This document shows, one piece after another, positions 50,380 to 59,300 of a DNA stretch of 64,000 nt (within the stretch, counting starts at the first letter, position 1; every line of letters starts with the position of its first letter). Made by a program: the position numbers and the translations under genes. The notes beneath the pieces were generated by a model, which saw only the letters and a program-made list of their open reading frames with translations, had not been told where the DNA came from and did not search any database. Origin of the DNA: a virus (Duplodnaviria > Caudoviricetes); IMG/VR virus record IMGVR_UViG_3300025913_000034, positions 863-64,862 of that record, one strand, 5' to 3'.

Positions 50380-50522
50380 AGCGTGGTGTCATCAGTTTCC
50401 GCAGCCGCCGCCGGTGCCAGCGCAGTTCCCAGACGTGGATGCGGTGCCGCCAGCCGGCCTGCTCGTAGGACCCTTGCAGGGCGCGCAGCTGGCGGAGGAT
50501 CCGGCCGGCGTCGCCGCCGAGG

Positions 50523-51128
50523 TCAGTTGCGGTTGCAGTCCTCATCGGTCACCTTCCGGGACTCCGAGACCAGATCGGGCCGCGTCATCGGGCCGCCGCC
50601 GGTCTCGTCCCAGCCGATCGTCACCCGTTCCCGCCACCAGTCTGTCGTGCAGTAGTGGGTCGTGGGGAACAGGCTACCGGCGCCGTTGGTGCCGCCGCCG
50701 GAGGTTGCCGAGGACGTTTCGGCCGTGTACGGGCCGCCGAGGGTGAAGGCGTGTTCCAGGTGCGTGGATATGCGCAGCCGGTCCACGCCGACGCCGAGCT
50801 TCGCGCATTTCCACTGGACCTGGCCGGCGATGCCTTCTTTGCTGGCGGAGACCAGGAACGTCGCCGATCCGCTCTGGCTGAAGCCGAACCAGACCTTGCA
50901 GCCGTCGAAGTCGTCGCTGGTGTGGACGTGTCCGCCGTCGCCGGCATCGCCGGCCGCCGCGGTGGAGCTCGGGGCTACGGCGACCGTCCCGCCGGTGGTT
51001 CCTCCCGAGCTGCCGCCGGAGGATCCGGAGCCGCCGCCGGCGTCGCTGCCGCTGGTGCTGCTCTGGCACGCGGCCAGCCCGGTCGCCAGGACCGCGGCGG
51101 CCGCCAGTGTACCTATTCGTGTTCTCAC
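50523..51128 (-). CDS. Lipoprotein
   Basis: Signal peptide with lipobox LAAC, then a Gly/Ser linker. Confidence 0.8.
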   Translation of the reverse strand: MRTRIGTLAAAAVLATGLAACQSSTSGSDAGGGSGSSGGSSGGTTGGTVAVAPSSTAAAGDAGDGGHVHTSDDFDGCKVWFGFSQSGSATFLVSASKEGIAGQVQWKCAKLGVGVDRLRISTHLEHAFTLGGPYTAETSSATSGGGTNGAGSLFPTTHYCTTDWWRERVTIGWDETGGGPMTRPDLVSESRKVTDEDCNRN

Positions 51129-51227
51129 TGTTCCCCCTGGTTGTTGCCGGTTTCATGCCGGCGGTTGTCGTGGTGGTGGCACTACAAAAGGGCGTCGACG
51201 CCCGGCCGCGGTACCGGCCGGCTTCTC

Positions 51228-51974
51228 CTACCAGTGCAGAATCCAGCCCTTGCAGGTGAAGCATGGGACTTGCGCCTTGACCTCGCGTCCGCCTTTCTGC
51301 TGCACCGTGACGATGACGCTTCCCTTGTTCCCGCACGGCGGGCACACCAGCGAGTCCCACCGGTCGGGGGCGTTCTGGCCCGGGCCGTGGTTCGGTACCG
51401 CCCACGAGTGCGAGCACGGGGCGATCCCGATCACCGTTTTGACGCGGCCTTTGCCCTGGGTGAGCGGGCGTGTCCCCTTTCCGCGGCACCAGTCGCAGCC
51501 GAGCCGTTGCAGCCCAACGGCTTTGCGCGGCGTCGGCATCCGCGGAACCCCGGACGTGGACCCGGCCATCTGGCCGCCCGGTCCGCGCTTGGACTTGCGG
51601 GCCAGGTTCGGGTTGGTGCCCGCAGCCGTTTTCGCCGCCGAGGCCTTCCCCATGGGGGCGGTCCGGCCGGCGCGGTCCGACTTGCGCTTCGCGGCGCGGG
51701 CCGCACTCCGCTTCGCGCGGTCCGGCTCGACCTCGCCCGGGCGGTAGGTGCGGGCCTTGCGGCTGCCGTCCAGGCGCCAGCCCTTCTTGGTGCGGCGCAT
51801 GCCGCGGGACGTCACTTCGCCGGTGCGCGGATTGCGGCTGGCCGAGGCGACCATCCCAACGCCGAGCCGACGCTTGAAGCCGCGGACCGGGTGCGGGTGG
51901 TTGCGTTCGGGGCCGAACAGTATGCGCAGGGCAACGCGGTGCGGCGCCCACCCCGAGGACTTGCGCCGCCCCAT
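51228..51974 (-). CDS. Basic protein with DnaJ-type zinc-finger motifs
   Basis: CDWCRGKG, CPPCGNKG, CFTCKG; start overlaps the traB stop. Confidence 0.65.
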   Translation of the reverse strand: MGRRKSSGWAPHRVALRILFGPERNHPHPVRGFKRRLGVGMVASASRNPRTGEVTSRGMRRTKKGWRLDGSRKARTYRPGEVEPDRAKRSAARAAKRKSDRAGRTAPMGKASAAKTAAGTNPNLARKSKRGPGGQMAGSTSGVPRMPTPRKAVGLQRLGCDWCRGKGTRPLTQGKGRVKTVIGIAPCSHSWAVPNHGPGQNAPDRWDSLVCPPCGNKGSVIVTVQQKGGREVKAQVPCFTCKGWILHW

Positions 51975-54166
51975 CACGCCTCCTTCGACCGCGGGGCCGG
52001 GACCGTGCACACGAAGCGCTCCGAGCGTCCGTCGGCGTCCCGCTCGGATATCGCACCCAGGTGAGCCTTGAAGGCGGTCAGCGCCGTAGTGCAGCGGTCC
52101 CGGGATCCGAACGTGGGCAGCCGGTAGGCCATGAGCTCCTTCACCGTGGCCGAGCCCATCGAGCAGAACAGGGCCCAGATGTCCCGGAACTCCGGCTCAA
52201 CCTCGGTCTTGTCCGGGTAGCGGGGCGCACTGACGTCGCGCAGCCGCGGCGGCGAGGATGGGCTGCCGGTGGTGCGCTGGCCGCCGCCGGGGCCACCGGG
52301 GTTACGGGGGTCGCAGCGGCCGTTCAGGATCGCCTCCATCGCCACGGCAGTGCGCTCGTCCAGAGCCGGCCGGTCGTCCTCGTGTTCCTCGATCACCTGC
52401 ATGATCCGCTCAGGGGTGATCATGTAGCCGCGTCCGACCGACGGCCGCGGGTATTCCGGGGTGCGGGGCCGGAACATCCCGGACAGTGGCAGCGTGGTCT
52501 CGTCGGCGCGCCAGCCGTCGCCGTGGGCGCCCTGGCCGAGGATCACGTTCGTCTGCGTGGCCGAGCGGGTGCGGTAGCAGGCGACGTTGGTGAACTGCCC
52601 GGACCCGTCGGTGGTGTCGCCGAGGGCCTTGCCCGACGGGGACTGTGTGGCGGCGATGATGTAGATGCCCAGGGCCCGGGCGACCTGCATGAGCCGCAGC
52701 CACAGCTCGAACAGGGTCTTGTCCAGGCGCATCATCTCGGCCAGCTCGTCCATCAGCAGCACGATCGCCGGGCCGTGGCGGTTCGGGTCCCACTCCTTCA
52801 CCGGCTTGCCGGTGCGCTCCCGCTCCTCCTTCAGGATCTGCCCGCGTTCCTCCATCGCGGCGCCGAGCGCGCGCAGCAGCAGCGCGGCATCGTCAATGCC
52901 GAATGCGGCCCGGTAGGCGACCCGCTCATACGGGCCGAGTTCCAGTTGGCCCGGCTTCAAATCCATCAGCACCATGACGGCGTTCTTCATCGACGCGACC
53001 GCGCAGGCGATGACGTTGACCCCGATGGATTTCCCGCCGTCGGTGATTCCGGCGTACAGGGTGTGGCGGCCCTTGAGCCGGAAAGCGATCGCTTCCAGGG
53101 CTTCGTCGATACCGATGTTCACCGGCTGCGTAATGTCGTCGGTATTCGGGCCCGGCCACATATGGACTTCGTCGAGGGCGGATTCCTCGCCGTCGGTGAC
53201 ACGGATTTCCCACCGGTTCCCGATCGCGGTGGGGATGATCTGCACGGCCCGGCATTTCAGGTTGTTCCGCAGGGTTTCGGTGCGGGCCAGCAGCCACCGG
53301 TAGCTGATGTTCTTGGAGTCAGGCGTGTAAATGTAGGTCATCCACGCGTCTTCTCCGAGGCGGCGGATCACGTCGACCTGGATGGGTTCGACGGCGATGG
53401 AGGCGAACGCGGCGTGCAGTCGCGCCGCCTCATCGGACAGGGTGCCGATGCCGGTGCCGACGGGGGTGCCGACGGCAAGCGCCGGGGTGCCGACGGGCGC
53501 CGGCGGCATCGGCGCCGCGGCGGCGGCCTCCATCCAGTCGACGGCGGCGTCGGCGGCGGCCTGCTTGGTGTGTCGGCGCCAGCCAATGGAGCCGAGGGTG
53601 CCGACGGCGCCGAGGAGGAATGAGGCCATCGCCGAGATACCGGAGAAGCCGGCGCCGACGGCGGCGGCGCCGGAGAATCCGACGAGGGAGCCGACGAGCA
53701 GTCCATGGGTGAGGTGCCGGTCTGCTTCGTTGCCGTGGAAGTGGTGCGCGAGCCAGGATCCGACCGGGAACAGGCCTCCGCCTCCGAGGAACGGCAGCAT
53801 CAGCCAGATGTGGTTCGGCTCCAGGTTTGCCCACCAGCCGCACGCCGAGTAGCCGACCGTGGTGAGTGCCGGCCACAGATGGTAGTGGCCGATGATCTCC
53901 ACGATCTGCGGGTGCGGACGCGGCAGGTGGCGCTGGTCGTGCAGCGCGGCGATGTGCAGCGGCATCGGGGCGTAGGCGGGGTGCTGGCCGTGGAAGGCGA
54001 CAGCATCAGCGCTGTGAGCTGGGATAATACTGCCTTCGTAGATCGTGCCGCTCGGGTGACGCGACACGGCAGGCGCGTCGGGGACGGGTTGTATCTCCGA
54101 CCCGGGCCGGGAAAACGGGCCCGGCAGCGTGTCGTGTCGTGTGTCGTGTGTCGCGTCGAGGCTCAC
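51974..54166 (-). CDS. traB: TraB-like FtsK/SpoIIIE DNA translocase
   Basis: N-terminal TM helices; Walker A AGITDGGKS; DLKPG; Walker B LLMDE; ARALGI..IAATQSP; short C-terminal wHTH-like domain. Confidence 0.88.
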   Translation of the reverse strand: MSLDATHDTRHDTLPGPFSRPGSEIQPVPDAPAVSRHPSGTIYEGSIIPAHSADAVAFHGQHPAYAPMPLHIAALHDQRHLPRPHPQIVEIIGHYHLWPALTTVGYSACGWWANLEPNHIWLMLPFLGGGGLFPVGSWLAHHFHGNEADRHLTHGLLVGSLVGFSGAAAVGAGFSGISAMASFLLGAVGTLGSIGWRRHTKQAAADAAVDWMEAAAAAPMPPAPVGTPALAVGTPVGTGIGTLSDEAARLHAAFASIAVEPIQVDVIRRLGEDAWMTYIYTPDSKNISYRWLLARTETLRNNLKCRAVQIIPTAIGNRWEIRVTDGEESALDEVHMWPGPNTDDITQPVNIGIDEALEAIAFRLKGRHTLYAGITDGGKSIGVNVIACAVASMKNAVMVLMDLKPGQLELGPYERVAYRAAFGIDDAALLLRALGAAMEERGQILKEERERTGKPVKEWDPNRHGPAIVLLMDELAEMMRLDKTLFELWLRLMQVARALGIYIIAATQSPSGKALGDTTDGSGQFTNVACYRTRSATQTNVILGQGAHGDGWRADETTLPLSGMFRPRTPEYPRPSVGRGYMITPERIMQVIEEHEDDRPALDERTAVAMEAILNGRCDPRNPGGPGGGQRTTGSPSSPPRLRDVSAPRYPDKTEVEPEFRDIWALFCSMGSATVKELMAYRLPTFGSRDRCTTALTAFKAHLGAISERDADGRSERFVCTVPAPRSKEA

Positions 54167-55227
54167 CGGTTCACCGCCTCGCGCTCGTCAGCGTCCCAGG
54201 GCGTTGCGTTGTGGAGCTCTTCGGTGGCCTTGCGGACGTCGCGGGCGCGGGACTTGCCGAGGGTGCCGAGCCCTGCGCGCTCGATCGCGTCGGCCAGCTG
54301 CGGCGCGTTGGGCTCAGCGCCGTGGGTGCCGATGTGGGCCCGGTAGAGCGGCAGGGCGGCGGCGGCCCACTGGTCGATGTTGCGCTTGGCGGCGGCGCCG
54401 GCAGTGGCCATGTCGATGACGTCGGCACCGCGGTCGGCACTTCCATCGGCGCCGGTGCCGACGGGTTCGTCGGCGGTCGGCGCCGCCGTCGGCACTTCGT
54501 CGGCGCCCCGGTCGGCACCCGTCGGCGGTGCCGATGGTGCCGTCGGCGCCTTCGTCGGCGCCTTCCTTGTCGGCGCCGATGGCTTCTCGTCGGCACTCTG
54601 CGCGGTGCCGATGGAGGCGCCGTCGGCACCGCTGCCGGAGGCGAGCGAGTGCAGATGCAGGAGCCGGTCGACGATGAACGGCGGCAGGGACAAGATCACA
54701 ACGAGGAGGGCGATCGGCACCCAGGTGGGCAGCATCGCCCCGGCGAGCACGAGCACGTGATAGGCGAAGTTACCGCCGACCGACAGATACAAGGCGTGGC
54801 GGGCATTCCGCTTCGCAGCGCCATGCGCGGGATGTGCGGCCGGGACGAGATTCCCGAACTGGATGCTGGTGATGGCGTATCCGTCCAGGCACGCCGGCAG
54901 CAGCCACGCGAGATAGACCGGGACCCGGCCGAGCCGGGCGAGATTGAAAAGAGTGGGGGCGGAAAGGGCGGCGGCGCAAAGGCCGGCGAAAGCAACGCCG
55001 ACGGTGACGATACGGCGTGCCCGATGTGACAGCGCCGGGATCGGGTCGCTGTTCCTGCTGCGCTTCTTTGCCTTACCTTGGGACGTGTCCACGCTGATTC
55101 CTGAGATCGCGTGCGGCAAAGGAGCCCGGCCGCCCTTCCCGGCGGTCGGGCTCTTTGGCCCCAAGCCCGGGCCAATCCTAGCTTCGATGGTGGCGGCGGC
55201 AGAATTCTGATTCATCAAAAGCTCCAT
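54163..55227 (-). CDS. Spd-like (DUF2637-type) membrane protein
   Basis: Four TM helices (LFNLARLG...LAWLLPACLDG...LSVGGN), low-complexity linker, C-terminal HTH-like segment; coupled to traB. Confidence 0.7.
   Translation of the reverse strand: MELLMNQNSAAATIEARIGPGLGPKSPTAGKGGRAPLPHAISGISVDTSQGKAKKRSRNSDPIPALSHRARRIVTVGVAFAGLCAAALSAPTLFNLARLGRVPVYLAWLLPACLDGYAITSIQFGNLVPAAHPAHGAAKRNARHALYLSVGGNFAYHVLVLAGAMLPTWVPIALLVVILSLPPFIVDRLLHLHSLASGSGADGASIGTAQSADEKPSAPTRKAPTKAPTAPSAPPTGADRGADEVPTAAPTADEPVGTGADGSADRGADVIDMATAGAAAKRNIDQWAAAALPLYRAHIGTHGAEPNAPQLADAIERAGLGTLGKSRARDVRKATEELHNATPWDADEREAVNR
54421..54629 (+). repeat. Cluster of GTCGGC(A/G)C octamers (clt/TRS-like)
   Basis: 11 copies counted by eye (54421, 54433, 54476, 54488, 54499, 54511, 54542, 54554, 54569, 54589, 54622) in different codon frames. 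Confidence 0.7.
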
Positions 55228-55520
55228 GCGGCGGCCCTTCGCATGAGGGCGGGGGCGGCGCGTACGGGCAGGCATGCGGCGGTTGCGGCGACGCCGGCGG
55301 CGAGGATCAGCAGGACGTAGGGGGCGGGGACGGTGGGGTGCGCGACGGCCCACGAGCCGATCCCGGCTGCGGCGAGCCGGCGGCCGTGGAGTGCGGCGAG
55401 GTAGGTCAGGCGCAGGGTTTCAACGTCGGGGCAGCCGGGGGCGGCGCCGAGGAAGGCCAGGGTGCCGAATCCGGCGAGGGCGGCGCCGAGCAGGAGCAAA
55501 GCGACTGTGACGGTGGTCAT
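55215..55520 (-). CDS. Small membrane protein (Spd-like)
   Basis: Hydrophobic helices; AGGAG RBS. Confidence 0.55.
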   Translation of the reverse strand: MTTVTVALLLLGAALAGFGTLAFLGAAPGCPDVETLRLTYLAALHGRRLAAAGIGSWAVAHPTVPAPYVLLILAAGVAATAACLPVRAAPALMRRAAAWSF

Positions 55521-55646
55521 GGCTTGGTGTCTCCTCTCGGTGTTGTGCATCTGGCGTGGGTCTTGTGGGTCTGGCTTGTGGATGTGGGGCCCGGCTGTCG
55601 CAGGTGGCTTGGGGACCCATCCCTGCGGCGGCCGGGAGTTGGTGGG

Positions 55647-55922
55647 TCAGCCGCGCTCGCGTGTCTGCTGCTCCGGTTTGGGCTTGGGGGTGCAGCGTGC
55701 TTGCCGGAGCAGCAGCTGCATAAGGCCGCCGATCTCGGGCTTGGGCAGCGTGGCGAGTTCGTCGATCAGAACGACTTGCGACACGCTGGCGGACTCAGCG
55801 AGTCGAGAGCGCCGTTCGGCCACCAGGCGCAGAATGTCGGTCTGCACGTCAGCGTCGTAGACGACGACAGTGCCGTCTGCGGTAGCGCCAATGGCGAGCT
55901 GTTCGTGGTCGGGTCCGCTCAT
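55647..55922 (-). CDS. Mini FtsK/TraB-like fragment lacking Walker A
   Basis: LVAERRSRL...VVLIDELATL...LMQLLLRQAR parallels TraB AMEERGQIL...LLMDELAEM...LMQVAR. Confidence 0.55.
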   Translation of the reverse strand: MSGPDHEQLAIGATADGTVVVYDADVQTDILRLVAERRSRLAESASVSQVVLIDELATLPKPEIGGLMQLLLRQARCTPKPKPEQQTRERG

Positions 55923-56251
55923 CGCGCACCACCGATCCCGTGCCGCGCGAGGAATCCCACAACGGCACGTCCCGTCTCGGTCAGCGCCACGCCGTTGCCC
56001 TCGCATGCCGGGCAGGCGATCCACTTGGGCGGGCAGTCGTCGAGCGCCGCGAAGTAGGCCACGGATCCGCCGGAGTACGGATCGCTCGGAACGTAGTTCG
56101 GGCGCAGCGTGTCCATACGCTGCTCCCACTCAGCGAGCGCATCGGTGTTGGGCACGATGCCGTCTTCGCAGTCGGTGCAGGGTGCTTCCACCGAGTTGAG
56201 GAGCGCCAGCAAACGGCGGCCATTGCTGGCGCGGCGGAGGGAAGTCTTCAT
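55919..56251 (-). CDS. Zinc-finger protein
   Basis: CTDCEDG...CPACEGNG. Confidence 0.7.
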   Translation of the reverse strand: MKTSLRRASNGRRLLALLNSVEAPCTDCEDGIVPNTDALAEWEQRMDTLRPNYVPSDPYSGGSVAYFAALDDCPPKWIACPACEGNGVALTETGRAVVGFLARHGIGGAR

Positions 56252-56688
56252 CGCGCACCGCGCTTTCCGTTGACGCGGATGTCGCTGGCCCTGAGGCCGG
56301 GCTGGTCCTTCAGGACGTCAACCATTCGGGCGGCGCCTTCGGGGGCGTCGAACCGCTCGGTGACGCGGGTTCGGGTGATGCCGGAGTGCCAGGACACGGT
56401 GACCTTCGTGTTGTCGGCGGTCATTGCAGCTCTCCCTTCCGGGGCGTGGAACCCGGCCGCCGCGGCGAGCTTGGGGGCTTCTAGCCGTGGCGGCCGGGGC
56501 TTGTGGGTCAGCCGCGGCGTCCACCCGCGCGGGCTCTTGCTGCGGGCGGCGCGGTCCGCTGCGGTCTGCTCGGCGGCGGCCATGTCGTAGAACATCTCGG
56601 CGCTGTTGTGCCGGCCCTCGGCGGCGGCCTTGTCGCCGGCCTGGTTGTACGCCTCGGCCTCGCTGGTGTTCTTCTTGAGCAGTGCCAT
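56248..56688 (-). CDS. Hypothetical protein
   Basis: AAAGGA RBS; coupled to the downstream ORF. Confidence 0.55.
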   Translation of the reverse strand: MALLKKNTSEAEAYNQAGDKAAAEGRHNSAEMFYDMAAAEQTAADRAARSKSPRGWTPRLTHKPRPPRLEAPKLAAAAGFHAPEGRAAMTADNTKVTVSWHSGITRTRVTERFDAPEGAARMVDVLKDQPGLRASDIRVNGKRGAR

Positions 56689-56745
56689 AGTTCAGTCCTT
56701 TCGTGGTTGTCCGGCTGTGTTCGGTGACGGCCGGGGGCTTGTGGG

Positions 56746-57192
56746 TTAGAGCGCGACGCGCTGCGCGTCGCCGATGATGCGGTCGTGGTCGAAAGCGAGG
56801 GATCCCGCGGTGGACATGAGCTCGGCGACAGGAACCCACTCGGCCTCGGTCGCGTCGTCGCCGGCGGTCGGTGTCGGCGTGTCCGGAAGGCAGGCGGTGT
56901 AGGCGAAGCCGACGTAGCGTCCGCGGGGGTCCCGGTCGGGGTCGGCGTAGACGCCGACGAACTGCAGCTCCTCGGTGATGCTCAGGCCGGTTTCCTCGGC
57001 GAGCTCGCGGCGGCCCGCGGCCAGGGTCTCCTCGCCGACGTCGACGTGTCCGCCGGGCAGCGCCCAGCAGCCTTCGTAGGGGTCCCAGCCGCGACGGATG
57101 ACGAGGACGTGCAGGTCCCCGTCCCGCTGGCCGAACAACACGACGTCGACGACCAGGCGGGCGGTCTCGGGGGTGGTGTCGGTGCTGGTCAT
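56746..57192 (-). CDS. Nudix hydrolase
   Basis: Nudix box GGHVDVGEETLAAGRRELAEETGL; RDPR; LAFDH. Confidence 0.93.
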   Translation of the reverse strand: MTSTDTTPETARLVVDVVLFGQRDGDLHVLVIRRGWDPYEGCWALPGGHVDVGEETLAAGRRELAEETGLSITEELQFVGVYADPDRDPRGRYVGFAYTACLPDTPTPTAGDDATEAEWVPVAELMSTAGSLAFDHDRIIGDAQRVAL

Positions 57193-57320
57193 GGCTCTCC
57201 TTCTGGTGCTGCCGGGTGTGCCGGATCGTCCGGTTATCTTGTCAGCATTCTGCTTGAAAGTTCAGCGTAGACCTCGCCGAAAAACTTGTCCACAGGATGC
57301 GTATCCGCCAGAATCGGCCC

Positions 57321-57569
57321 ATGGCCGGCTACCTCAGCACCTCCGACGTTGCGACGCTGCTCGGGGTTCAGTCGTCCACCGTGCGGTTCCTGCGCGCCGA
57401 ATCCAGGCCGGGCCATCGGTACGCCGCCGACCCCTTCCCGGAGCCGGACCTCGTCATCGCCCGCTCGCCCGCGTGGTCTGAGGACCGCGCGGGCGAGATC
57501 TTGGCGTGGAACGAACGACGCCCCGGGCAAGGCGCAGGGGGCGGACGGCCGCGCAAAAACGACCCCTAA
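57321..57569 (+). CDS. AlpA/MerR-like HTH regulator, divergent from the conjugation operon
   Basis: STSDVATLLGVQSSTVR...PFPEPD...RSPAW...RPGQG; similar to 21117-21419. Confidence 0.7.
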   Translation: MAGYLSTSDVATLLGVQSSTVRFLRAESRPGHRYAADPFPEPDLVIARSPAWSEDRAGEILAWNERRPGQGAGGGRPRKNDP

Positions 57570-58249
57570 CGCACCGACGCCCGGACCGGATGGCCGGGCG
57601 CCGGGTCCTCAGGCATCGATCCGGCGAGGTCTCGCGGCGGTCGAATCCATGTCCTGCTCGTCGGTGCCGGGCGCATAGGGCCCGCGGAACGGTGTTCCGT
57701 CGACAGCGTCGCCGTAGAACCGCAGTGGTCCGAGGTCGTGAATGCGTGTGCCGGCCCGCAGCTGCTCGGCGACCACCTCCAGGTGCCGCCCGTTCAGGCC
57801 GCGGGGCATGGGCCGTCGGCCGTCGGCGTACTCGTCGGCGACCGCGGCGAGCTCGTCAAGGCTGCCGGCATACACGGTGAGGTCGCCGACGCGGTTGGTG
57901 CGGACGGTCATGAGGCGGTTTCGGCCGCGGCCTGTCGGGTGCGGTGCGGCTGCCATGCGCCGTCAGAGCCCTGACGCAGGTCGATGCTGATGAGCGTCAG
58001 GCCCCGGTGTGTGGCCTCCCACGTTTCCTGGGCGACACGGTCGGCGAGTCCCCAGGACGGCTTGGTCTCGTAGGTGTGTTTGGGGTGGACCATTTCGGGG
58101 TCCGCGATTTCCCAGGTGTATCGCAGGGTCCATCCGCGGGCGGGTTCGGTAGCTGGAGGTGTCATAGTGGTGACGGTAGGAGTTCGAGGCCTGCGCTGCG
58201 ACGACGAAAAAGGCGTCATTCCGGCGTCATTTCTGGGTATCGTCAGGCT

Positions 58250-58981
58250 ATGGCACCCAACACCACACTCAAGGCCGTCCGGATGGGCCTGCGCCTAAGC
58301 CAGGACGGCTTCGCCAAGGCGATACAAGAGGCCGGCGAGCGCATCGGCGCCCGGAACCAGTGCTCAAAGCGGTTGGTACAGCGGTGGGAGGCCGGCGAGG
58401 TTTCGCATCCGCACCCCGAGCACGCGCGCGCCCTGGAGGCAGTGACAGGCCTTCCCGCTGCCAGCCTCGGCTTCGCATGGCCGGTGCCCGACGCACCAAT
58501 ACCGGAGGCAATCCCCGCAGACTCGGCAGGGGCGCTGTCGGGGATCTGGTTGTCGCGGTACGAGTACCACTCGACATCGCGGGATGCCGACTTCCTCGGC
58601 TGGCACTACATTGCGCTGGTCCACACCGGCGACCGCCTGCAGGGCCGGTCTCTGCCGGGCTCCAGCAGCAGCGTCTTGCACCTGGACTTCACGGTTACCG
58701 GGCAGGTCGCCACCGGCACATGGACGGAACACACGCATCCGACCAGCTACTACTCGGGCGCGGTCTATCACGGCGCGATTCAGCTGCTCGCGGATCCGAC
58801 GGGCCGGCGTCTGGCCGGGCAGTGGGTGGGCTTCGGCCGGGTCGGCCAGGTGAACACCGGCCGGTGGGAGCTGACGCTGCGGGACAAGTCGCTGGGGAAG
58901 GGCGCGCTGGCGCGATGGGATCGGCGGCCGGAGGAGGCGGGGGGTGCGGCTGCGGACGAAACGCGGGACGCGGCGCGGTGA
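58250..58981 (+). CDS. XRE-family regulator with a C-terminal beta domain
   Basis: LKAVRMGLRLSQDGFA...SKRLVQRWEAGEV; LSGIWLSRYEY. Confidence 0.82.
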   Translation: MAPNTTLKAVRMGLRLSQDGFAKAIQEAGERIGARNQCSKRLVQRWEAGEVSHPHPEHARALEAVTGLPAASLGFAWPVPDAPIPEAIPADSAGALSGIWLSRYEYHSTSRDADFLGWHYIALVHTGDRLQGRSLPGSSSSVLHLDFTVTGQVATGTWTEHTHPTSYYSGAVYHGAIQLLADPTGRRLAGQWVGFGRVGQVNTGRWELTLRDKSLGKGALARWDRRPEEAGGAAADETRDAAR

Positions 58982-59014
58982 CCTACGGCCCTTCGCAAGC
59001 GGGGCGCGCTGCGC

Positions 59015-59300
59015 TTGGGAGATTTCCGGGAGATGATCTTGTGGAAGTTATGTATACCCAAGTATCCACATGTATCTATGTGTCTCGCTAAGTGCCATGT
59101 CATTCGGGGCGTCCATAGCCAGTTAGGCGCTGACCAGGGGCGCCCCGCACTATTTTGCCATGTGGGCCGTAGGAAGCAGCAGACCGTAACCCGCATTCAG
59201 CACTCGGGAAGAGATGCATCTAGACCGTACGGGTCTGAATATCAAGCGCTGTGCACGAGGCGCAGGCCGCCCTTTTGGGAGACAAACGGGAGACGATCTT
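59015..59300. mobile_element. Putative attP region
   Basis: 26-nt direct repeats TTGGGAGA-N4-CGGGAGAYGATCTT at 59015 and 59275; GTAT at a 10-bp period (59052, 59062, 59072); lower GC; adjacent to the integrase 3' end. Confidence 0.7.

Noticed and set aside
54129-54156. GTGTC repeats at the traB start as the clt locus
   Set aside because: Only a few short copies; the GTCGGCRC cluster is a much stronger candidate
50500-58981. Independent complete AICE inserted in the phage
   Set aside because: No Rep (RepSA/prim-pol), own integrase or flanking direct repeats recognised by eye; cannot be fully excluded without comparative genomes
59197-59225. TCAGCACTC as a CIRCE element
   Set aside because: Second half-site GAGTGCTAA is absent
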